Source: Daphnia carinata (lineage: Eukaryota). From it: a DNA stretch of 64,000 nucleotides. The notes below the pieces were generated by a model. That model ran no database searches and was not told the origin of the DNA. It saw only the letters and a list, made by a program, of their open reading frames with translations. The stretch lies in the NCBI RefSeq assembly GCF_022539665.2, contig NC_081331.1, positions 10,354,001 to 10,418,000 on the forward strand, written 5' to 3'. This document shows, in pieces, positions 25,284-35,643 of this stretch; the first letter of the stretch is position 1; each line of letters begins with the position of its first letter. The position numbers were made by a program, and so were the translations under genes.

Positions 25284-27675
25284 ATGTTAAAAAGTTTATC
25301 TCTGTGTCTTATTCTCGCCTGTTCGTACGCCACCGGTTTAGACCTTGATGCAGGTAAGCCAGCCTCTGTCTGTGTAACACATTTGCAGCTCTCTCATTTT
25401 AATACTGGTCAAGGTGAATTCAAACAAGTTCCCTTAGGCCAACTCCCAGTTCCAAAAATGGCTGTAAGGTCGTGTTAGCTGCTACTCAATGCTTTCTCTC
25501 TCTTTCTTAATCTATTAAATACATTTATCTATCAAATGATCTTGTGTGAAAAATAGCTAACTTTGTTGTGCTTTTTGACCCTTTCAGATGTCAACTCCCA
25601 CAACAAGGTTGTTGCCTGCTACGTAGCAGGATGGTCTGCCTACAGGCCAAACAATGGTGCTTTTACTGTTGAAAATATCGACCCTATGTTATGTACACAC
25701 ATCATCTATGCATTTGCTGGGTTAGACAATGTCACTTATTCCATTAAGAGTTTGGACAGTTTTCTCGACACTGAGGAAGGAGGTGGTAGAGGTATTCCAA
25801 TTGATGTTTCTGATTTTGATCACAGCTGGCTCTTATTTTTATTATTCTTATTTAATCTGTAGCCCAGTACAAGAAAGTCTTGGCTTTCAAGGAGAAGCAG
25901 CCTAAGCTTAAAGTGACTATTGCAATTGGAGGCTGGAATGAAGGATCTGGCAAATACTCTGACATGGCATCTACTCCTGAAAATCGCAAACTTTTCATAA
26001 ACAGTGTCTTAGCTTTCATAAAGTAAACGTGACACATTTTTCTATCTCATACCTTCATTATATTTATGTGGTTTTGTTAGGAAGCATGGTTTTGATGGCC
26101 TGGACATGGATTGGGAGTATCCTGGCAGCCGCGTGGGATCTCGCCATGTCGATCGGGAAAATTTTGCCCTACTTCTTAAAGTACATATCATCAATAGGCA
26201 TGAAACACGATAGCACGTAAATAAAAAACGTGTCTTCTAGGAACTCCGAACTGAATTCGATAAAACCGGACTGATTTTGACAGCTGCTGTTGGCGCAGCT
26301 CCTCAGACCATCAATCGTGCCTACGATGTCCCTGCAATTACGCAGCATCTTCACTACATACACATTATGGCCTACGATTATCACGGATCTTGGGATTTCC
26401 ATAAAAAAATAATTTTTATTTCTATCAATCTTGCTCCTGTTGGAGCAATTAATTAATAGTTTTTTATTTCGTTGCTTATTATATCTATATATTTTTAAAA
26501 TTCTCCCTCATTATACAATAGAAATTGGACATAATGCTCCGCTCAGGTTGCCAGTCAACAGCAGCACGATCGACCTAGAACTTCGACTCAGCGTTGTAAG
26601 TAAAAAGTAGACGAGCGTACGTAGATCAAGCTTTTTTCTTTTCACTTTTGATGTCGTGTACTTGGTTAGTGACTTTCGTCACGTTGCGTGCGACTTATCA
26701 GTTTATGTCTCAAATTCCCAACGTGAACGTGGCGCTTAACTAGTTGCAAGAAATCACGCATGTGCAAAGTGGAGAATGCTTGAGCCAAAGAAGTAACAAA
26801 CTTTACCAATTATGTAGGAGGATACCATAACTTATCTAAAGAAACTTGGCGCATCACCGGAAAAATTGGTGATCGGCATTCCTTTCTATGGAAGAACCTT
26901 TACCCTTGTCGACAAAAATTTGCGAGACATCGGTTCTGCATCGAACGGAACGGGTTTTCAGGGCCCATACACCCGAGAAGATGGATTTCTTGGATACAAT
27001 GAGGTTTGTCGTTGACATAATATCTTTTGATGAAATCTTGTTCCAGTTTTAATTAGTTTAATTATTGTTACCATCTAAAAATAGATCTGTAAAGAGCTTG
27101 GCATGAAAAAAGAGGGAAATGAATGGGTTGAACAGTGGGACGACGTTGCTCAAGTGCCTTACATGTACAACGGTGAAAAATGGGTTTCCTTTGACAACCA
27201 GCGAAGTGTCGCCATCAAGGTATGGATTCAATATTACGTAGAAAATTCTGTGTGCGTAAAAAAAAAAGTTAATATAATAATGTTGTACAACCAGGCCCGT
27301 TACGCATTTGATCAAGGACTTGGTGGCCTAATGGTTTGGGCCATTGATAACGACGATTTCATGCCCGAATGCTCGAATGTTCGATATCCTCTATTGAGGG
27401 CCATTAATTCCGAACTTAAGGCTGCTTCCATTGATAGCATGAAGCCCGGCCAAGCTCCAGTCACACCAAAATCGAAGGATTCGAATAGTGACCCGAACAA
27501 TGGCCACGAAAACAAACCAGGACAAAAAACTGACGACACTTCCAGTGAAGATTCTGATAATGTCATTAAGCATGGCCATAACAAATCAGGACAAACTGGC
27601 ATCAAAGGATTTTCCCTCAATCTTCTTCTTTGTGTACTAACACCTGTGATCTTCACATTTTCTATTTTACATTGA
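25284..27675 (+). CDS. GH18 chitinase (resembles insect Cht2-type) with signal peptide and hydrophobic C-terminal tail; no CBM14 seen
   Basis: Exons ~25284-25353, 25588-25791 ([25 protein letters not shown]), 25863-26022 ([13 protein letters not shown]), 26081-26180 ([12 protein letters not shown], intact DxxDxDxE), 26241-~26400 (MAYDYHGSW), 26522-26595, 26818-27003 ([11 protein letters not shown]), 27085-27219, 27295-27675 ([13 protein letters not shown]). Confidence 0.93.
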
Positions 27676-27856
27676 ATGAATGTTAACGGGAATGCATAAT
27701 TCCCTATCAAAATTTATCGTATGACGTCTTTTAATACAATCTTTTAATGATAATACAAAATGGTGAAAACACCACAAGAACAACATTACATATTGTTAAC
27801 ACTTAATCAAAACCATTGTGTGACATGAAATTCAAAAATTTTGTTAAAGCAGGGAA

Positions 27857-28485
27857 CTATTCACCTGATCTAAGTGATCTTTTTCTTCTTTCTTCCATCT
27901 TTTGCTGTTTCAGCACTGCATTCATATCTTCAGAATCTGCATCCCAACCAGTTGAATTTGGATCTTCATCTTCATCAAGAATATCACCAAGTCCTGGGGG
28001 AGATAACAGCAGGCTGTCAAAGTTTTCTTGAATGTCAAATGTCACTTTTTGCTGCTGTTGCAGACTAGCTACAGGACGGAAATTAAGTTTTAGGCTATTT
28101 GACGTTTTAATTTCAGGTGTCATGTCCTGTAATGAGAAAATCTTTTTAAAAATGTGTTTGAATTATGGAATTAATATAAACTCACATTGAAGAAATCTGG
28201 TTCATGAGCAATTTCTTCACTTGCAGAACGTAACTTGGTAAGTGACTTTCTGTACTGTTCTATATGGTCTTCAACAGTAGCCGGTTTATTTTCATCCCAC
28301 GTATTCCATGGGATCATTTTATCCCGACTTCTATCTGAACTACATTCGGTAATAACACTTTCCATGATGACATCGCCACTTGGTTTACGTCTACGCTTAT
28401 TAAAAATGCACATCACACGTTTGAACATATTAAGGATGATCAAGATCAACCCTTTGATACGGTTTATGACGTACGAAACGGGCAT
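27857..28485 (-). CDS. EBAG9: EBAG9/RCAS1 homologue
   Basis: Exons 28485-28186 and 28126-27857; hydrophobic N-terminal segment followed by KRRRK, then WNTWDE, EPDFFN|DMTPEI, GWD and a C-terminal coiled-coil-like stretch (KQQKMEERRKR), matching the RCAS1 family pattern. Confidence 0.82.
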
Positions 28486-28734
28486 AGTGTTATATCAAAG
28501 TTAAATGCTGTAAATATTTTTTCTGGTCGGTAGTAGCAAACTATTTATAATATGATGAGTACAGCGGAATTATTTTGACAGCTGAACTTGTAAGCGGTGC
28601 TGCTGTCGTCTGCAGTCTTTACGCCTAGTGGCAATGTTTTTCAACATCTAGCTTGCAACCACCCGTTTTGCTCAGTGAAAAACCATCTGTTGTTGCTGCA
28701 GAAACATATCGGATGTGTTCGTTATCTGACAAAT

Positions 28735-29188
28735 ATCTACCGATCAAATTTCTAGTTAATGTTCTACATATACTCAACGAATATTTCTGGTACATCACGC
28801 TAGCGCTGTAGCGTTCTGGCGCTTGGGCTTATTTATTCGAGCTTAAAATTTTTTTCGGTAAAAACTAACACTCATCGGAATTGGTTGAACATCATAAGAT
28901 ATACTCAAAATAGAATACTTATTCCGGGAAATTTCTTATTTTTTCCATTAAATTGATCGTTTTTAAAACACACCGAATATTTGATGCAATGCTAGCGTGC
29001 CAGAACGCTACAGCGCTAGCGCGATATAGCAGAAAATCGGGCTTATTTATCAGTCGGGCTTGAAAATTTTTTCGGAAATTTGAACCGGTATTTGGTATTA
29101 AATTTAACCGTTAGATGGCGATAGCAGTAAAACAGAGAAAAAACACAAGTTTTTTGGGGGGAAGGGGGTGGTAAAACGGATTGCCATA
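28735..29188. mobile_element. Non-autonomous TIR-element (MITE-like) fragment between EBAG9 and ADA
   Basis: Ends in GTAAAACGGATTGCCAT, the same terminus as at 37507 and 37744. Internal inverted repeat GCTAGCGCTGTAGCGTTCTGGC (~28799) / GCCAGAACGCTACAGCGCTAGC (~28999). 28820-29035 is a diverged reverse complement of ~37830-38045. Confidence 0.75.
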
Positions 29189-29297
29189 GACAAATATCAC
29201 ATGTAGCAATACTGCCTCTTGCCAGTAACAGTGATTACTGTTGGTATGTAAAATCTCATTTCACGTGTACGATCGTAGGAGGACGCGAAGGTTAAAA

Positions 29298-30803
29298 ATG
29301 CTTGTCACACCCAAGGTTGTAAATTGACTATGTGTATTTTTTTACAGTGTTCACACAATAGTTATTTTATTAGGTTGAATTACATGTCCATTTGGATGGT
29401 GCTCTAAAGCACACAACTGCATTTGAATTACTGAAGTATGGAAACAATAATACCAAACATGCATGTATATAATATTTAAAGTAACAATGGTTGACTTTTC
29501 AAATTAAACACTAGGAAAAAGAGTTTACCTTTGCCGGGAAATGGTTCTTATGAAGCATTCGTTGAATCCGTAATTGTGAAAGAACCGGATAGTTTAATGA
29601 CTTTTCTTCGAGGATTTGGTATTTTTCTGCCAGCAGTCATGTAAGATTATGTTTGATTCTTAGAAAATATGCTCAGAAATTATAATCATATTTCAACAAA
29701 GTTCTATTTAAAGAGGAGACTTGGAAGCCATTGAAAGAATGAGTTATGAATTTTGTGAAAGTGCAGCTGAGCAGGGAGTCATCTATGTAGAGGCCAGATA
29801 CTGCCCATTCCTTCTGATGCCAGATACCTTTACAGAAGCAAATTTTCTAAGCGAAAATGCTGGAAACCACAATAAAAATTGCAAACATATTTCTGCCAAA
29901 GAAGTGGTAGAAGCTGTTAATAAAGGTTTCCATAAGGGTGAAAGACAGTTTGGAACCATAGCCAGAACAATCCTGTGCTGTATTCGTGGGAAACCTGAGT
30001 GGTCCAAGGAGATTCTCGATCTTTGTATCCAATTCAACGATAAAGGTGTTGTAGGAATCGATATCGCTGGCGATGAAGCCGGTGAACAACCAATCGCCGG
30101 GGAAGAATCTGGTGAATTTATACCTTACTGACGAATAGCATGTTGTGCTAACTATGTTCATACTTTTTCCCCCATAGAGCTGCGAATGCTGGACGCAGAA
30201 GATATTGCTGTATTTGAAAAAGCAGCTGAGCTTGGTGTACGCCGAACGGTTCATGCAGGAGAAGCGGGACCAGCCCAAATGGTCTGGAAGGTAATGGCCG
30301 TCTAAAACTAGCACCTAACGATTATGTTCAATAGTAGCTTTAGGCTTTAACTGTGCTGAAAGCTGAAAGAATCGGTCATGGTTATCGCGTTTTGGAAGAC
30401 GATTCAATCTACAACCATTGCCTTAATAACGGCGTTCATTTCGAATGCTGCCCAACCTCCAGTATATTGACAGGGAGTGTGTCAATATGTGGAACAAAAA
30501 CGCATCCCTTAATGCGCTTTGCGCAAGATGGAGCTTCTTTTTCCATAAGCACTGATGACCCTACAGTGACAAATACCAATTTAAGTGATGAGTACACATT
30601 GTGTGCAAAATGGGGATTAACCGTAACCCAATTACAAGAAACGGTCAGTTGTCGAAAAATTTGATCACCAACCATTGTAGTAAAGAGTCATTTTCTATTT
30701 ACAGAATATCAATGCAATGAAAAATTCATTTGCAGAGCCATCTATAAAGCAATCCATTTTGGAAAAACTTTACAGTGCATATGGTTTGAAAAACCAAAAT
30801 TAA
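29298..30803 (+). CDS. ADA: Adenosine deaminase
   Basis: Multi-exon: MLVTPK|VELHVHLDG (29374), YVEARYCP, GVVGIDIAGDE, RTVHAGE, ERIGHG, HFECCPTSS, ISTDDP; Zn-binding and catalytic motifs intact; stop TAA at 30801-30803. Confidence 0.95.
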
Positions 30804-30921
30804 AAAATTATATTCTAGAGTGGCAATGCAAATTCAGATTTTAAAATGCAGCCATATATAATTTAGTGCAATAATACAGCGTTGGCGAAATGTGAACAAT
30901 TATTATTATTTTTTTTTTTTA

Positions 30922-31848
30922 CTAAAGACGAATTTTTGTCCAGTTGACTTTACCATTGTGATATATGTCATCATATTTGGTTCTGTCCAGGATAGCGATA
31001 TTTTCTCTTACGTAATCGACTAAGATGTCCAGATGGCGCGGATCGAAATCTTGCTGGAGCATTAAATTTCGCCAAATTGCACCGGCTAATACTTGATCAC
31101 TACTTAAGAGGCCTTCATCATAAGCAAACAAGCTTGCCTGAAATTCATCAACCAGAACTTGAACCTGTTTTCTTCGCACACTTGCAGCCGTCTCCTTTAA
31201 AACAACACAAAACATTTGAATGGAGTATCTCAACCAAAATCTATAGAATGTCTTACTCCAATCTGTTTGCTTTTGAATTCAACATCCTCCCACATGGCTT
31301 CTACAAGAGCATTTCGCACAAGTCTTCCATTGTCTCCTTCATTCATCAGTCGAACCATTAACATCCATACATGTAGGCCTCTCACTATAAACCAGGAATG
31401 GAAAGTATCTTCCATTTTCAAGTCTGCAAATGTTAATAGAATAGTTGTTCAGCTTCCAAGCATTTTTAAAAGTATTCAATTCTCTACTCACATTTAAAGA
31501 AAACATTGTGATTGACATGCTCTTCCAGCGACTCATACAGCTTATAACCAACAGACCTTGATATCTATAAAATCAGAGAGACCTAAGAGTGTAAGAAGAA
31601 GAAATAAAAAAAAAAACTGTATTTGTTCGTCTTACACTTTTTGACAATTTGCCAAGTCCCACATATATTTTAAACCGTTGTAGAATTCCTTTATCTGAAT
31701 CAGCAGCATATCGACAGCAAGGTACGTGTAAATGTGAATTTGGGACACATATTCCTTCATGACGTAACAACGGCTGAAAAGATCCCATTCGATAATGAAA
31801 AGGGAAAGGTACTCTTCGGAAGAGCAAAAATGAGCAAGCACGTTGCAT
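30922..31848 (-). CDS. UQCC1: Ubiquinol-cytochrome c reductase complex assembly factor 1 (CBP3 homologue)
   Basis: Basic N-terminus resembling a mitochondrial targeting peptide; exons encode MEDTFHSWFIVRGLHVWMLMVRL, LVEAMWEDV and FQASLFAYDEGLLSSDQVLAGAIWRN, which are UQCC1/CBP3 family motifs. Confidence 0.92.
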
Positions 31849-32440
31849 GGTAATCAAGTTATTCTGGTCCTGGATTTCTAATTGGTTTATAAATGATAGA
31901 TTTTAATCTCTCGTATCAATTCTATGGTTGCTCTTATACTTTGCTGAATACTAATAACACAACTAACACAATGTATTTTTGGTAAATCTAGCAGACATTT
32001 CTTCCGTAACTTGCAGAGATGCATAAGCCAGTACTGGTATTTTGTATACTTGCGTACTGTGAACCTATAAATCGTGGAAAACATAGTGGAATATGGCAAT
32101 CCGTTTTAACCCCCCCCCCCCCACCCAAAAAAAAATATATATATATCTATGGCAATCCACTTAACCAAAAAAAAAAAAAAATATTGGTTTTTTTTTTATT
32201 TTACTCCCGTCTATTATGGCAATCCGTTTTTATGGCAATCCGTTTTACATAAAAAAAAAAAAAAAAAAAAATGGAGGAAAAAAAAAAAAAATCGCACTTT
32301 TTTCTTTTTTCCGACACGTAGCCATCTACCGCTCAGACTCATTATTACTGGCGTAGGCAATTTCAGTCCATTGGATGCCATTCGCAGTTAGTTCAGTAGC
32401 GTGGATGGAGAATAACGCGTGGCTGGAGGAACAATTGAAA

Positions 32441-33943
32441 AATGGATAAGATAATACAACAAAAGGATGGTAAGTATAAACATTATTATATTTGTTTTGA
32501 ATTATTAATTATTGTTTATTAGATCAAATTATGGACCTGCAGGCTCAATTATTGCAACAGCACAAAATATTAGATAACAGCAAAGCTAAGGATGGTAAGG
32601 CCTAATACATAATGATTCTATTTATTTGCTTTTATTCATTTGTGTTTTGTAGCTCAAAGTTTGAGTCTACAAGCTCAGCTAGGGGAAAAGAACAAATTGG
32701 AACAGAACAGTTTCCAAACAGTGAAGGAGGTTTTTCCAAACTCAAACCTAACTGAGCATGAGGATGAATTGGCATTAGGCGAACACAGTCAGGTACCTAA
32801 ACTTTTCAAATAAGAATTCAAAATAAGTATAGAATTTTAACAAACAATTATTTATTGTTTAGTTATTCAGTCTACCACCTGACAGTGTGTTAAATTTAAA
32901 TTCTGTTAGTGCTGCACAAAAAGATCGTTAGTAATAAGCCCATGCAGTGAAGGAAGTGAACAATTGTGGGACCGTATTTGGGCCGAAAATGGGTGTGGTA
33001 CGGAAACCAAGATATGGCACAAGTTCAACATGAAACATGGATTAGGTACTTTTCGGTTTTATGTCTATTGAAAAAGTATTTTTAATGCTATTATTTTGCA
33101 TTCACAGAATTTAATGGGGGATCAAATCAAGTCTGGAAGTGTTACAGGATGGAAGAGTCAGCCTACAGATGAAAAAACACAGAGTGCATTACCATTAAGG
33201 TATGAGGTAAAGTAATAGAGTATGCACATTGTCTAATGTGTTTATTTTATTAACAATTCAAAAGATTAATCCTAGTTTCAGCCAAACATGAAATAATCCA
33301 GAGAAGTACCATCTTGTGTTAATAAATCCAGTACAACAGCAATCCTTTATAGTTCTGTCACAGCTAGAAACCTCAAATAATTCTGCTTCTCTGTCTAAAG
33401 AACAACTTGTCCTTTACGTTCAGAGTGTTGGGGAAACTGGGTACTTAAATGGCCCTAAAGATGTTTTAATTTTGCTGCCATTGCAGAGATGAACATCATA
33501 CATGGACTCATTAGGTATGAAAGGATTTTTCTTCAAATAATTTTGAATTTATGACGAAGAATTTCTCCTCCTTTTTGCCAACCAGGTCTAATCTACCAAA
33601 AAAAATTTTAGCCAATAGGAAAGGATTTTCATGTACTGGGAACACAACTATCAACAATGCAACATTGTACAGGTGCTAGTTTATCATTCAAGAGCCTTAT
33701 ACAATGATGTTAATCTGCAATTTGTATGTCCTTCCCCAAGCTTCCACCAGAAGTTGAATCTATGAGTCATGTAAGTTACGTGATCAACAGTTGATATGTT
33801 TAACGGTGTTGTTTTTCTTTTCTCAATATAGGTTAATAGTAACATTGGATCTGAAAAAATTCTTGGTTGGGGCAAGACACTGAATAAATTGTATTGATTG
33901 GATGGATGACATGACATTTCTATACTTAATTCGGATTCCCCAG
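32441..33943 (+). pseudogene. Multi-exon gene remnant A inside the TIR element, unknown family
   Basis: GT-AG exons with ~55-70 nt introns (MDKIIQQKD|DQIMDLQAQLLQQ..., ...LWDRIWAENGCGTETKIW..., ...PEVESMSH|VNSNIGSEKILGW), broken by frameshifts and in-frame stops; ends at the palindrome. Confidence 0.6.
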
Positions 33944-34537
33944 ACGGTATTTGATATTAAAAAAATTGAAGTGCATATCTGGGCTCCCTTCTTTTCTGAA
34001 GCCCCGTTTCCCCTTGACTCGTAATAAGCCCGTAGGGGGTCATGCCCCTACTGTACGGTATATATAAAAACAACATATACCGAGGTTTGGAGGGCTCTGG
34101 CCGGAAAGGGGACGTGGGGTGCCGCTTAGTCCGATGATGTGTTCACGGAGGGCGATGTGGCTACCCACAAATCCGAACTAAAGGTTAATCGCTCCTGTAA
34201 AAATGTTCCAAATCTTCAGCTCTTCTTCCGGCTTCTCTTAGCCAATCACCGGGTAATCTCCCCGGTGGGTCAACAAGGCAGTGTCTCCCCCTGCCTGGGT
34301 TGACGGCAACTTTTGAAAGGGCTATTGTGCCTTTTTAAAGTTGCAAAAATAATTGTAATGTGCAGAGAATTGTCAATAAAATTTTTTTATAAAATATTTT
34401 TTGCAAAATTTCATTATCTGTGTTCACACATTACATTTATCAACTTTTTTTTTTGTTTTGCTTTATTTGTTTTTGTCACCTTTGATGGTAAGCATTGTTT
34501 CCATTGGTTTATCGTTTATCTGTAAGCATTCAATTAT

Positions 34538-34602
34538 TATCCAGGGATCGAACCCTGGATGTTCGGCATACCGCGCCGATGCTCTACCAGTGAGCCATGA
34601 AT
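34538..34602 (-). pseudogene. tRNA-like module 1 (A box TGGCTCACTGGTAGAGC, B box GGTTCGATCCC)
   Basis: Anticodon-like stem TCGGC/GCCGA with non-canonical loop GCGGTAT; T-like hairpin ATCCAGGG-TTCGAT-CCCTGGAT; no good acceptor stem. Confidence 0.6.
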
Positions 34603-34718
34603 CATGTGATGACGAGTTGGCTTTTTTCTAGTCACTTGTGGACTTGCATTTCACTTAGAATAAAACTGAAATGCAATTCTGCAATATACTCTTGTACAAT
34701 ATTCTACTTCATTTTAAC

Positions 34719-34788
34719 ACATCTACTGAGATTTGAACCCAGGGTAACAGGTATCACAGCTAAAGGCTCTACCACACAGCTATGAACC
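34719..34788 (-). pseudogene. tRNA-like module 2 (A box TAGCTGTGTGGTAGAGC, B box GGTTCAAATC)
   Basis: T arm CTGGG-TTCAAAT-CTCAG intact; anticodon and acceptor stems poor. Confidence 0.55.
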
Positions 34789-34889
34789 TTACCAAAACAA
34801 TAGAAAGATAAACATATAATTGTGAAAGATTGCATAAACATCCTAGACGATAACATATGATATGCGATAATAAAATATTTCGATATATA

Positions 34890-34957
34890 TCTCGTGGCTC
34901 AATGTTAGAGCATCGGCGTTGCACGCTGAATGTCTGGGGATCGGTTCCCATACGAGT
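34890..34957 (+). pseudogene. tRNA-like module 3 (Ala-TGC-like loop)
   Basis: TGGCTCAATGTTAGAGCATCGGC-GTTGCAC-GCTGA; degenerate T arm; similar in sequence to module 1, in the opposite orientation. Confidence 0.55.
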
Positions 34958-35643
34958 AAAACAAAATACCAAATTACCTCAAAAAATATCCAGATGTTAC
35001 ACGTTGTTCCTTGAATCTAGGTTGAAGAATTCAAAGAGTGTAATAAATAATAATTGAATACTTACAGATAAACGATAAACCAATGGAAACAATGCTTACC
35101 ATCAAAGGTGACAAAAAAAAATAAAGCAAAACAAAAAAAAAAAGTTGATAAATGTAATGTGTGAACACAGATAATGAAATTTTGCAAAAAATATTTTATA
35201 AAAAAATTTTATTGACAATTCTCTGCACATTACAATTATTTTTGCAACTTTAAAAAGGCACAATAGCCCTTTCAAAAGTTGCCGTCAACCCAGGCAGGGG
35301 GAGACACTGCCTTGTTGACCCACCGGGGAGATTACCCGGTGATTGGCTAAGAGAAGCCGGAAGAAGAGCTGAAGATTTGGAACATTTTTACAGGAGCGAT
35401 TAACCTTTAGTTCGGATTTGTGGGTAGCCACATCGCCCTCCGTGAACACATCATCGGACTAAGCGGCACCCCACGTCCCCTTTCCGGCCAGAGCCCTCCA
35501 AACCTCGGTATATGTTGTTTTTATATATACCGTACAGTAGGGGCATGACCCCCTACGGGCTTATTACGAGTCAAGGGGAAACGGGGCTTCAGAAAAGAAG
35601 GGAGCCCAGATATGCACTTCAATTTTTAAATAATTAATACCGT

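Larger units (their letters stand above)
33944..35643. mobile_element. Foldback / long-TIR element: ~595 bp near-identical inverted arms (33944-34540 and 35047-35643) around a ~506 bp spacer
   Basis: Direct reverse-complement match, e.g. GAAGTGCATATCTGGGCTCCCTTC (33968) vs GAAGGGAGCCCAGATATGCACTTC (35597), continuous through both arms with few differences; termini ACGGTAT / ATACCGT. Confidence 0.9.

Noticed and set aside
32092..32250. Repeated TATGGCAATCC as a CRISPR-like array
   Set aside because: Eukaryotic context, irregular low-complexity spacers, no cas genes; the motif matches TIR ends elsewhere in the window.
34538..34957. Calling the three tRNA-like units functional tRNA genes
   Set aside because: Acceptor stems are missing or poor, anticodon loops are non-canonical and one B box is degenerate; kept as tRNA-derived modules.
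33944..35643. Endogenous densovirus or Polinton as the source of the long inverted arms
   Set aside because: No NS1/Rep, capsid, polymerase or integrase remnants recognised, and no AGTAGT-type termini.
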